Part shown: piece by piece, positions 10,803-21,012 of the stretch | Position numbering within the stretch: position 1 is the first letter of the stretch | Layout of the letters: each line of letters starts with the position of its first letter | IMG/VR virus record: IMGVR_UViG_3300010160_000003 | Location: 1 to 64,000 of that record | Direction: 5' to 3' (one strand) | Source: a virus | DNA: 64,000 nt | Translations under genes and position numbers: made by a program | Notes under the pieces: generated by a model | Databases searched by the model: none | Told to the model about the DNA's origin: nothing | The model's input: only the letters and a program-made list of their open reading frames with translations

Positions 10803-11042
10803 CAAGAATTATAACATTAATTTATACCAGTAGATAAAGGTTTATAACAAAAAGTTATATACTCCATAACAAAAAGTTATAATCCAGGTAAGTATAAAAG
10901 AGTTATCAAATTGTTATAATCATCTATGTCCGTTTTGTAACTATAAGTCCAATATGCCAGGTATTGAATAGTGTATACTAAATATATATAAGAAAAGAGA
11001 ATACTGTAGTTAAGGTTTTTAAAGATAGTTTATATATAGTAG

Positions 11043-11345
11043 TTATTTAGAACGAGAAACATAATCTAATAACACTTCATACATATGATCTAGTTTATCA
11101 CTAGTTGCCTTACGCTTTTCTCTAGCGTTTTCTTGCTCAAGTTTAATTGATTTAATTTCATCACGCATTGAGGTTCCGCCGTTGGTTTTAGTCTCGGCAC
11201 GAATATCTTCTACGGCATCGGCGATAGGTTTAACTTGAACCTTTATGTACCAGCGAATTGCACTAATTATAATTGCGCCAATTGAAAGCAAAGCAAGAAT
11301 AAATTGTGCCCAATCAGTTGCTGTCATAATAACACTATTATACAT
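11043..11345 (-). CDS. Membrane protein (holin-like, one TM plus NGGTSMRD motif)
   Basis: N-terminal TM helix and NGGxSxRD motif common in actinophage lysis-region proteins. Confidence 0.55.
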   Translation of the reverse strand: MYNSVIMTATDWAQFILALLSIGAIIISAIRWYIKVQVKPIADAVEDIRAETKTNGGTSMRDEIKSIKLEQENAREKRKATSDKLDHMYEVLLDYVSRSK

Positions 11346-11481
11346 TATATTTATTTAATTTTGGCGGTATACGAATCAAGCCAAAAATAGAGTACAAACC
11401 TCCCCCTGACAACATAAGAGTAATATACTCTAATAATGTCAAACACTGGACATATACTCTAGAATCTGCTATAATCATATT

Positions 11482-11673
11482 ATGGAAATTACAACAACTA
11501 AAGATGTTCTAGTGCAAAACCTTACTAAGTTTTTTACTACTGACCTGTCCGAGAATTTGGATAAGTCTGGTTTGGACAAAGAAGAAAAAGATGCAAACAT
11601 GGTTTTAGCCAGAAAGAAAATTGCTGCTGATGCAGAAAATGTTGCTTTGATGGTTTTTAAATCATTTGAGTAA
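11482..11673 (+). CDS. Hypothetical protein
   Basis: ORF preceded by TATAAT. Confidence 0.5.
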   Translation: MEITTTKDVLVQNLTKFFTTDLSENLDKSGLDKEEKDANMVLARKKIAADAENVALMVFKSFE

Positions 11674-11675
11674 TT

Positions 11676-11876
11676 ATGTCTGATGAAGATGTTAAGCCTT
11701 GGGATTTGTTTAATGGATCCCCGAGGTCGCCAGAGGAAGTTGCTCAATACCGTTTAGAAATATGCAAAGGTTGCGACTTCTTTAGACCAAGGACTCAAAC
11801 CTGCAAGAAGTGTGGATGCTTTATGGCTGCTAAGTCTATGTTGTTAAATGCTAAGTGTCCTATTGGGAAATGGTAG
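11676..11876 (+). CDS. Small Cys-rich protein (DUF6171-like)
   Basis: RLEICKGC...CKKCGCF...KCPIGKW. Confidence 0.6.
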   Translation: MSDEDVKPWDLFNGSPRSPEEVAQYRLEICKGCDFFRPRTQTCKKCGCFMAAKSMLLNAKCPIGKW

Positions 11877-12425
11877 TTTATATACCGTTGAATTTTATAT
11901 ATAACAAAAAGTTATAGTATAAAACCTTTTATTATGGTTTGTGATCAAATGAGGTTTGACAAGAGCATCCATTGCAACAGGTTTCTGAAAAAACCTTTAT
12001 CTCCAGAGAAGATGGTTCTGTTTCAAATAGTGGATATTCGTTATCTAGGTTGTTTAGTATGGCGATGGTTTTATTCTATCATATACCGTGAAAATCTGAA
12101 AAATTTTGTATGTGAGGTTTGACAAAAATCTGAATATTTTCTATAAGTGTATGATACATATAATTCTGTAAAAAATGTATTTTAATTATAGCGCACACTA
12201 CACCACCCCCAAAAGATCTTATACTGGTACGCCCTAATCTTTCCAACACTTAGGACACGTGATAGCATCATCACTAGCAAAGTTTTCACTTGACATTTTT
12301 GTATCGCATAGGCGACATGATAGTGTAATCATTTAATCGCTCTCTTTCTTAATATATTTGTAATTGCAGAAACTACAGACATAGTCACCATCATAGACAT
12401 GACCGAAGGTGTCGCATGGATTCAT

Positions 12426-12599
12426 TTAGTTATTCTCCTCTAAACTTGATTCGTAATCGTTAATGCCTACGCTATAGGCTATTGGGTCGCACTCTTTTAG
12501 TGCTCTGGAGGTATCGTATTCGTACCCTGCAATAATTACAGTTCCATAGACATCATTTAGCATTTCGTCATATGCTTGTTCTAATTCATATTGATTCAT
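12426..12599 (-). CDS. Small early protein (57 aa)
   Basis: MNQYELEQAYDEMLNDVYGTV...ALKECDPIAY; ATGA overlap with the upstream ORF. Confidence 0.55.
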   Translation of the reverse strand: MNQYELEQAYDEMLNDVYGTVIIAGYEYDTSRALKECDPIAYSVGINDYESSLEENN

Positions 12600-12772
12600 T
12601 TGATTTGTCCTCTCTTGCGTAGGATAGCCTCAACCTGCGCTAGTTGTTCAGGTGTAGATGTGCGATAGGCTTGCACACTTTCTCTAATCCAAGGGGATTG
12701 AGTCATAGCCTTTTCATGGGCTTCATGGCGAGCAATAGTTTGCTCTGTTTGTATTCTGTTTAGTGTATTCAT
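12596..12772 (-). CDS. Small early protein (58 aa)
   Basis: AGAAAGG Shine-Dalgarno; downstream of the leftward promoter at 12827-12848. Confidence 0.55.
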   Translation of the reverse strand: MNTLNRIQTEQTIARHEAHEKAMTQSPWIRESVQAYRTSTPEQLAQVEAILRKRGQIK

Positions 12773-13210
12773 TAGATGAGTACCTTTCTTTTTTTAGTAG
12801 TTAAACTTTAACTATCTAATACTGTAAGTATAGCACCGACCACTGACATTTTTGCCCTATTCTCGGGCGTGTCGGTAAACTATTTTTGTGATGTTTATCA
12901 CATAAAATTTCCCCGGCCAATTTTGTCAAGTCAACACACCGATAAACCTCATATCGTTACGTAATCGTTATAATTCCCCATATAATGTGATGTACTTCAC
13001 AGTCGCAAATGTCCGTTTTATACCGATACTAGCCAGTAGAATGTCAGACCCCCCTGCTATAATACTACTATAAAGAAAAACAAGCGGTAAAGAAATCCGC
13101 TAAAGAAAGGTCATAAAAATGACACTACAAGAATATAAAGAAATGGTAGAGGCTCAGCGTAAAGCAAGCCTAGCCGTAGCCCTATCCGTACTAAAGAAAG
13201 AGGTCAAATA

Positions 13211-13384
13211 ATGACTATAAAAAATCTAATCCATGAGCATAATCCTATGCTCTCCGCTATCTCATCAGTAGGAGATGAGCAATTTACTTTCTGCCAAGAT
13301 TGCGAGCAGAATATCTCTCGCTACTATGGCGACCACGACCCTGAGCGGTTACCTATGTGGACAGATTGGTATTTAACTAAATGA
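13211..13384 (+). CDS. Small CxxC early protein, paralog of 13914-14096
   Basis: EHNPMLSAISSVGDEQFTFCQDCEQNISRY...ERLPMWTDWYLTK. Confidence 0.65.
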   Translation: MTIKNLIHEHNPMLSAISSVGDEQFTFCQDCEQNISRYYGDHDPERLPMWTDWYLTK

Positions 13385-13740
13385 GTATTTTTAATTTTGA
13401 GTTATTCGTAACCGTTGAGGCAGATGATTTTGAGTCTGCACTTTCTTGGTTAAAAGTTTCACCCCTTGAAAATCAAATTGATTTTGAGGTTATTGACTAC
13501 ACAGAACTTAAAGGAGAATAAATAAATGGAAAAAGATATTTTTGGATTTGCTGAAGCAATTGAATTAGATAATCTTAGCGATAAAGATTTAAAAATTGTT
13601 GAATTAATTTTTAAAGATTTTAAATAACTAAAAAAGTTTTTTAGAGAATATCAAAACTCTAAAAAATAACCGGGCCGTTTTGTCAAATCGACACGCCGAT
13701 CTTTTTAAGATTGTTACGTAATTGTTATAATTTCCCCTAG

Positions 13741-13762
13741 TTATCCACAGAAGTTATCCACA
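13741..13762 (+). promoter_or_regulatory. Tandem DnaA boxes
   Basis: TTATCCACA at 13741 and 13754. Confidence 0.6.
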
Positions 13763-13913
13763 GTTTTGAAAGTGTGACATAAAACACACGAAAAATCGTC
13801 TCACTATTTGGATTTACTGGCTAGTAATGTCATAAATGTCAGACCCCCCTGCTATAATTGCAGTATAAAGAAAATCAGGTACAGAAATCCTGAATTGAAA
13901 GGTAGGTCACTAA

Positions 13914-14096
13914 ATGACTACAATAAGTAAAACAACAGTATGCGTAGAGCATAACCCTAAATATTCTGCTATCTCAGAAGTATCAGATACACAATACACT
14001 TTCTGCCAAAATTGTGAAAACAATATAGACCGATTTTGGTTAGACTTTGGCTTAGAGCGTATGCCTCAATGGTCAGAGTGGGCGGTGACTAAATGA
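13914..14096 (+). CDS. Small CxxC early protein
   Basis: GAAAGG Shine-Dalgarno; follows the promoter at 13837. Confidence 0.65.
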   Translation: MTTISKTTVCVEHNPKYSAISEVSDTQYTFCQNCENNIDRFWLDFGLERMPQWSEWAVTK

Positions 14097-14420
14097 GTAT
14101 TTGGACTAGGCTTGCTACTGTAAACGATTACCCTAAAGGCATGATGAACTTATGCCCTTGCGGTCAAGTGGTATTAGCCCCTGCGCTATACCATGAGGGG
14201 CAGTCATACATGACTAACCCTAATAAATGTAAAGAATTATTTGAAGGAGAAAATAAATGAGTACCTACGTACCAATTAAATCAGTATGCGGTGCAACTAG
14301 CACCAGCATAGATATCTATGACTTAGACCTTAACCCTCATGGGGTTATCTGTTGTGATAATTGCAAGTCTATCGTGTTGTGCCGTAAGGCATGGGACTTT
14401 CTATACAAGGGGGTTAAGTA

Positions 14421-14615
14421 ATGGCTACAATTACAATAGGCGGATTAGGGCAAAAAATTGCTGTTTACTGTTTCGTGTGTTCTGGTAAAATGTCACACTG
14501 GGCGATTGCTTCAAATGGCGTTCGCTATGAGTGGCAGTGTAAAGATTGCGAAATCTCTATAAAATCAGATAGATTTGGAAATGCTAAATTACTAAAAGAA
14601 ATGGAGAATAAATAA
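14421..14615 (+). CDS. Small zinc-ribbon protein
   Basis: CFVC...CKDC. Confidence 0.55.
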   Translation: MATITIGGLGQKIAVYCFVCSGKMSHWAIASNGVRYEWQCKDCEISIKSDRFGNAKLLKEMENK

Positions 14616-14948
14616 ATGAAAACACTTAAAGAAAAGTTAGATGCAGTAGCGTTAGAGTTAGAGCCAGTACTATGGGATTTACTAAATGAAATTGAGGAGA
14701 AATAAAAATGGATCTATCTTTTTTTTATAGTGGAAATGCACTTTTGTTTTTATCTCTTGGGTTAATTGCTTATGGTTTTATTCTCTTTGCAAAGGGGGAA
14801 TAAAATTTGCCCGGCCCGTTTTTTGACTGGTCAAACCTTTTACGTACGATGTGATTTTTCTCACATGCGACACGCCGTGTTTAGATTTGACTTTTTGACT
14901 TTTTTTTGCTATACTTGCAGTATAACAATTAAATAAGAACAGACAAGG

Positions 14949-15001
14949 CAATGAGCCTAGCAAATAAGTGTGATGAGTATCACAATGAGCCTAGCAAATA
15001 A
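14949..15001 (+). repeat. 19 bp direct repeat flanking a CRP-type site
   Basis: CAATGAGCCTAGCAAATAA at 14949 and 14983. Confidence 0.85.
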
Positions 15002-15067
15002 ATGCCCTAAAATGTCAGCCCTCAATGGTAAGATAGTCTTATCACTAAAACGAAAGGAAGTCACTAA

Positions 15068-15253
15068 ATGACTTACACTATAAAACTAGAAACCTACTCA
15101 GGTTCAATAAAAAATATCCCCCTATCCACTAAAGGACAGGTTGCAGATTTTATCTCTAACTATCCTAATGCGTTACCCGTTGGCGTGTCCGTAAAAATAT
15201 CCTGCGACTTGCTCGGTATTCGCGGAACACTACGCGGAAAGGCAATTCTCTAA
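15068..15253 (+). CDS. Small early protein
   Basis: GAAAGGAAG Shine-Dalgarno after the promoter at 15013. Confidence 0.6.
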   Translation: MTYTIKLETYSGSIKNIPLSTKGQVADFISNYPNALPVGVSVKISCDLLGIRGTLRGKAIL

Positions 15254-15421
15254 TGATAAATTCAGTAATGACAATACCTTGCGAGGAGTGCCACTCAACA
15301 GGTTTAATTTTTTTTGGCGATAACGATAATTTTGATACCGAAACTTGCGAGTGCGATTTTGGTATTGAACAAGACTTATATTTTTTCAACAACAACAACT
15401 AACGAATAGGAAATAAAAAAA

Positions 15422-15631
15422 ATGACAGTATCAATTAAACACAATCTCGCTTTTGTAACTGAAGTAGACGAAACTCATCCAGTAGGTATTCGCCTGCTTG
15501 CACTCCCTGATGAAATGCGAATCCTTATGCTTGAATCAATGCTAAAGGAATTCCTTATCCCAGCACTTGGGCCAGTAATTGATAAAATTAACGAAAATGG
15601 CTCATACGCAATTCTTAAGGTAGTGGAATAA
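15422..15631 (+). CDS. Small early protein
   Basis: Shine-Dalgarno present; operon context. Confidence 0.55.
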   Translation: MTVSIKHNLAFVTEVDETHPVGIRLLALPDEMRILMLESMLKEFLIPALGPVIDKINENGSYAILKVVE

Positions 15632-15814
15632 ATGATGACACGCAAGGACTATGTAGCAACTGCTGAAATTCTAAATGGATTCAAAGATATAATCTTAGAT
15701 GAAATTACTTTTGCTGATTTGGTAGATGAATTTTCTCTAATGTTTGAAAGTGATAATCCAAAATTCTCACCAACAATTTTTGAAACCGCTTGCTATAAAA
15801 ATGCAGATGAATAA
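15632..15814 (+). CDS. Small early protein
   Basis: MTRKDY...DNPKF...F..AC pattern; directly follows the previous ORF. Confidence 0.6.
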   Translation: MMTRKDYVATAEILNGFKDIILDEITFADLVDEFSLMFESDNPKFSPTIFETACYKNADE

Positions 15815-15883
15815 ATAAAATAAAAGACCTGAGCAAGTCTGTGCAAAACTGCTCACTTTTTTATTGCAAAAAAACCCGGCCCG

Positions 15884-15904
15884 TTTTCCACAGGTTTATC
15901 CACA
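15884..15904 (+). promoter_or_regulatory. DnaA box pair
   Basis: TTTTCCACA at 15884 and TTATCCACA at 15896. Confidence 0.55.
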
Positions 15905-16061
15905 GGCAGGTTTAAGATACGCTTACGACACGCCCGAGATCTTGTGAGATTAATCACACCGAAAATGTATCCACATTGTGAGATTTATCCTCTACGATTT
16001 GAAAATGTCACCCGTATCTGATAGGATTACATAGTAATAATAAATTAACTAAAGAAAGAGG

Positions 16062-17577
16062 TTGCCCCCTATGGCTACTAAAGCATATTCTATCGTAGAT
16101 TTACTTGAAGGTAAATACTATCGCTCACACTCCCGTTATATTGACGGACTAATCACTTACGCAGAAAAGCGTGACTCAGTTTACTATGGCGAAGGCTTTG
16201 AGGCTTACCTTGTAAAAGTACGCCCTACCTATAAGGGATTCCCTGATTTGCCCAAAGCAGATTTTTATGCTACGATTGCAGTAAAGGTTGGAGAATAATA
16301 ATGGACTTCTATGATGACTACTATGAAACAGATATGATACGCCCAGATGTAAAAGATTGCTATTGCAAACTTCACTCAATTTGTACTAACTGCATGAAGG
16401 GATATAACTAATGGGAAACTTATTTGATGAGATTGGCACTTGCTACACTTGCTATGATGAAGGACTAATAATGAAAGATGAGTTTATTACAGATTTTTGC
16501 AACGATTGTGAAAAAGGCTCAGTCCTTGCTAATGAGTATGCTATATGGTATGCTGAAAATGAAATGAACGAATACACTAAAGAAATGGAAAATGCATAAT
16601 GGAATATCTATACGCAATAACAGTATCCTATGACGGCAACACACCTCATTGGACAGGTCGCTACTCAGACGCACTAACCGCCGTTGATGAGTTTAATAAG
16701 CATATTGATTGGGGATTTGCAGATGAATACGCAACAGTTAATTTATCTGAGCCAAGTGGAAAGATGCACACACGCACTTTCTATCGTGAAGGCAGAAGGG
16801 TTGTGACTAAGTAATGGAAATTTTTGAGTTTAATACTTTCATAGATGTCGAGGCAGAGTCGTATGATGAAGCCATTGATGTCTTTCAATTCCAATTAAAG
16901 TATGGAATAAATAAAGATAATGTCTATGTCGCAGACATAAAGCAATTAACTAACAACAACGAAAGCGTAGAGGTATAAATAATGGGAAGCGTAACAGCAA
17001 TTGGATTAGCAGATAGCGTATTAGATTTAGAAACTCAATTACTCTATCACTTGAAGGGTAATCACTATCCACCAGTACCAGCAGAAATGGTAACACCATG
17101 CATTGAAGCCATTGATGCAGCCTATGATGAAGATTTTAACCGCATGATTGACATGCCAAAGGTCGGTGACTTTCAGATTCTCTATAAAGACTCAACGCAA
17201 GCACCAGCGTGGGCAATTATTGAACAACACCACTTGGATTGGTTTATCACACCAACAGAGGAGGACTAATGACAGATTTTTATATTCCCCACTCAAAGTA
17301 TTGTGATTGCAACGAATGCCTAACTATTGAGGAGAATGAATAAATGTCTGATACAATAAAAAACGTGGAACTTAGATTTGCTGATAACTTAACACCCTCT
17401 CAACTTATGCCAGGAGATCTAGTCAAGGTTGATGGTGAGTGTGTAACTATTGAAACCCTTACAGAAAATAAACACGGGTTTAATATTTATGCTAGAGATG
17501 ATTTTAACGAAGAGGTTCATTTTTATTTATTTGATGATGAAACTATTGAGTGGTATGTATTTTTTGAAGAAGAATAA
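16062..17577 (+). CDS. Operon of small early hypothetical proteins (16062-16298, 16411-16599, 16599-16814, 16982-17269, 17344-17577 and shorter ORFs)
   Basis: Tightly packed co-oriented ORFs with Shine-Dalgarno sites and TAATG overlaps after the promoter at 16006. Confidence 0.6.
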
Positions 17578-17847
17578 TCACTAAACTAATTTTTAATCCT
17601 TCCCATCACAAAAAACCGCCCGGCACATTTTTTATAGAATGTCAAGTATTTACGTAATTTGACATTTTTCCCCATGTATGCTAAGATTAATTTATGAAAA
17701 CAAGAAAAAACCCCGAGGAATTGCGTAGACTTATGGAATTACGCCGTAGTAATGCAGCCTCAGCCGTACCCTCAAAGAAAAACTATTCTAGAAAAAATAA
17801 ATGTCAGTCCCTTATGCTAGAATTAAAGAAAGAAAGCGAGTCCCCTA

Positions 17848-18570
17848 ATGACTAAACTACTAAGAAGCAAAGATAGAAAAGTAACTAATGCCGTATCCCC
17901 TAATGGTAAGACTGCCACTATTGCTAATACTTTTGGTCTTCCCGCAGGAAAAGCATATTCATGTCCTGGAGCCACAACAGTATGCGAAAGTGTATGCTAT
18001 GCAGGAAAGTTAGAAAAAATATTCCCTAGTGTTAAAGTTAATCTATTACACAATTGGGATTTACTAAAAAATGCAGACGGTGTTACTATGACAACACTAC
18101 TTAATGAAATGATAGATGAGTTTATTGTTGATTGTGAAAAGAAAAATGCAGAAAAGTTATTCCGTATCCACTGGGACGGAGATTTTTTCAATGACACTTA
18201 TGCAATGGCATGGCGTGAGGTTATTCTTAATTATCCTACCGTTCAATTCTGGGTATACACTAGAGTTTCATCTGCGGCTCTTATTCTAAAGGGAATACAA
18301 AACCTATCTCTCTATTTTTCTGCAGATAGCGAAAATATCAAAACTGCCGTTGACTTAAAATTAAATAATGGTATTCGCATGGCGTACCTTGCTAAGACAT
18401 TCGCAATAGGACAAGCAGACATAAAAGAAATGATAGGTAAGCCTAGTGCTAAGTGTCCTGAGAATAATAAACAAATTCCGCTAATCTCAACCAAAGGTTC
18501 GGCTTGCGTTTCTTGCTCATTGTGTGTATACTCTAAGAGTGACATAATTTTTTCTAGTAGTAAGAAGTGA
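17848..18570 (+). CDS. GP88-family protein (Cys-cluster, radical-SAM-like fold)
   Basis: FGLPAGKAYSCPGAT..CESVCYA, FRIHWDGDF and FWVYTR motifs. Confidence 0.65.
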   Translation: MTKLLRSKDRKVTNAVSPNGKTATIANTFGLPAGKAYSCPGATTVCESVCYAGKLEKIFPSVKVNLLHNWDLLKNADGVTMTTLLNEMIDEFIVDCEKKNAEKLFRIHWDGDFFNDTYAMAWREVILNYPTVQFWVYTRVSSAALILKGIQNLSLYFSADSENIKTAVDLKLNNGIRMAYLAKTFAIGQADIKEMIGKPSAKCPENNKQIPLISTKGSACVSCSLCVYSKSDIIFSSSKK

Positions 18571-18895
18571 GATAAAATGGAAGGCTATAAAATATTTTTA
18601 TTTTTTTTATTATTTTTATTTATTTTATTTTTAAACCAGTGAAAACTGGCCCGGCACAAAAATATTTAAAAGTCAAATTTTAACCTTTAAGAAGATCAAT
18701 TTATTTCCCCGATTACGTATGAGATTAATCACACCCAAAAACCTCACTAGGATTTGCTTTTATGACATTTTTATGTCATACTTAGGGTATAAACAAATAA
18801 CAATTCCAAATAGTGAGATTTTTAGGTATTCAACTTGAAAATGTCAGTAGGAAATGTTATACTTAAAATATCAACTAAACAGAAAAGAGAAAATC

Positions 18896-19060
18896 ATGTC
18901 AGTAGCAACCGCAACTTATCGTGTAGGAGATACCTATACAACACAGAAGTCAAAAGTAACAGGAGTCATTGAGGAAATCACAACTCTTGCAAATGGTAAT
19001 GTTCGTGTTAAGTTAAATGTAGAAGGCAACACTCGCTACACAACTTGGACAGCAAAGTAA
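18896..19060 (+). CDS. Small SH3-like early protein
   Basis: YRVGD...GVIEEI...VRVKL; start MSVATAT has a Shine-Dalgarno. Confidence 0.55.
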   Translation: MSVATATYRVGDTYTTQKSKVTGVIEEITTLANGNVRVKLNVEGNTRYTTWTAK

Positions 19061-19141
19061 TCTAATTACTTATTCCTGAGTATGAAATAAAACTACTCAC
19101 GCAATACCCCCTAATAATCCACCAAAGAAAAGAGAAAACAA

Positions 19142-19564
19142 ATGGCTAGAGCAAAAGCAATAAATGTAAAAATCCCAACAGTACGAGTAATCGCAGGACT
19201 AGAGGAAGCACTCGCTACCCTAGAAGCAGACTACGCAACACAATCAGCAAAAGAAGCAAAGTACGAAATTGCTCGCAAGGCTTGGCAAAAAGAAGTTCAG
19301 GACTTTGCTATCGCAAACATCAGCAAGGCAGAAAACTTCCGCACCAACTTCCGTTCTTGGTCAAACAATCTCAACATTGACTTTGACTTGACAGTATTAG
19401 AAAAGGACTTGCCTAAAGAGCCTGAGCAGGACTACGAAGTAATCCATCAGCACACTTATCGTGAGTCAAAGAAAGAAATCACAAACGCAATTCGTCTGTT
19501 AAAAATGACAGATGAGGAAACAGTAAGCACAAGCACTTACAATGCTATTGCTCAGTATCTCTAA
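19142..19564 (+). CDS. Hypothetical early protein
   Basis: 140 aa ORF with Shine-Dalgarno. Confidence 0.7.
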   Translation: MARAKAINVKIPTVRVIAGLEEALATLEADYATQSAKEAKYEIARKAWQKEVQDFAIANISKAENFRTNFRSWSNNLNIDFDLTVLEKDLPKEPEQDYEVIHQHTYRESKKEITNAIRLLKMTDEETVSTSTYNAIAQYL

Positions 19565-19777
19565 ATAATCCAACACCTGAGTATGTGTATAAACTGCTCA
19601 CACAATTAAATGATGGTCTGTCCGTTCCGACGGCATAGGTAAGAGTGTGACCCTTTAACCAAAGGGTATTGAGTCATAACGGCACACCGCCATCCACCCC
19701 TCCCCAGGATCCAGGGAAATTGACAAATGTCAGACCCTCATAGTATAATTAATATAACCAACAAGAAGGAGCCCCAA

Positions 19778-20275
19778 ATGGGATTAGATATGTACCTTAG
19801 TGCAAGAAAGCACTTAGAAAAAATCAACTGGAAAGCACTACAAGGAAATGATGAACTATCTTATTCATCTCCTGAAGCCGTATATCCTAAGTTTAATGAC
19901 CTAATGGAAATCACACAACTATCAGATGTTGCTACAGATATTTATGGAGCAGAGGTATCAGTTACTTGTGCCTACTGGCGCAAGGCTAATCAGATACACA
20001 ACTGGTTCGTTACAAATGTTCAAGGCGATAACGATAACTGCGGAGAATACTATGTATCACAAGATAAACTAACAGAATTAATGGTTTTATGCGAACACGC
20101 ACTTGAAAATAAAGACCCAGCACTACTACCCCCACAAGAAGGATTTTTCTTTGGGGGCACAGATATTGATGAGTGGTATTGGAATCAACTAAAGAATACT
20201 ATTACTCAGTTAAAGCGTATCTTTGCTTTCCCTGAAATTAATAATCTCTCATTCTACTATAACTCATCTTGGTAA
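19778..20275 (+). CDS. Conserved phage protein (MGLDMY / YWRKANQIH family)
   Basis: MGLDMYL, YWRKANQIHNWF, GFFFG and YYNSSW motifs; AAGGAG Shine-Dalgarno. Confidence 0.7.
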   Translation: MGLDMYLSARKHLEKINWKALQGNDELSYSSPEAVYPKFNDLMEITQLSDVATDIYGAEVSVTCAYWRKANQIHNWFVTNVQGDNDNCGEYYVSQDKLTELMVLCEHALENKDPALLPPQEGFFFGGTDIDEWYWNQLKNTITQLKRIFAFPEINNLSFYYNSSW

Positions 20276-20337
20276 TTGACAATTGTCAGTACCCTGCGAT
20301 ATACTTAAACTAACCAACTAACAGAAAGAGGCCCCCA

Positions 20338-20751
20338 ATGGAGCAAACAGTAATACCAGCAACAACGCAAGAATTTCTACAATCTCAGGTATCAATTAAA
20401 GATGAGCGTATTGCTCAACTAGAAGAGCATATCCAAAAACTAACACAACGTTCATATACAGATTCTGCAGAGCGCAACCGTATGGTTGAGGGTATGCAAG
20501 AGTGGACACTTAATGAACTAGAAAATGAAGACATAACAGAAGAGCAAGCAGAAGCAATTGCTGAAATTATGGGCTTTGAACTTACAAAAGAGTTTGAGGT
20601 TGAAGTTACTGTTCTTTATTCTGTTACAGTTAATGCACGTAATGAGGAGCAGGCTACTAATGCAATTCACGATATTGATTTTGATACCGTTGACTATAAC
20701 TCAGACTCAATTCAATACTTGTCATCATCAATTGATAGAGTAGATATTTAG
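20338..20751 (+). CDS. Hypothetical coiled-coil early protein
   Basis: ORF with Shine-Dalgarno after the promoter at 20284. Confidence 0.65.
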   Translation: MEQTVIPATTQEFLQSQVSIKDERIAQLEEHIQKLTQRSYTDSAERNRMVEGMQEWTLNELENEDITEEQAEAIAEIMGFELTKEFEVEVTVLYSVTVNARNEEQATNAIHDIDFDTVDYNSDSIQYLSSSIDRVDI

Positions 20752-21012
20752 TAGGGGGCTACTAATAGACATGCCGAATGTCTATAAACTAGGCAAGGGA
20801 CCTAAGCATTGTCCACGTAAACTGCTTATTTTTTTTATTTATTCAGTTGCATAAAATGTGGGCCGGGGCAGTTGTGATCAATATCACATTGTGAATTACG
20901 ACACAGTTACGATATGCCCGAATTGCCCCATGTCTGCTTATACGATTTGACTTTGTCAGCCCTGTCTGCTAAACTTAGTATAACAATCAAACAGAAAAGG
21001 AAAAATAAACTC

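Noticed and set aside
11390-11412. Additional TGTCAG promoter on the minus strand
   Set aside because: Spacing to TAnnnT is 11 nt rather than 10, so it was not counted.
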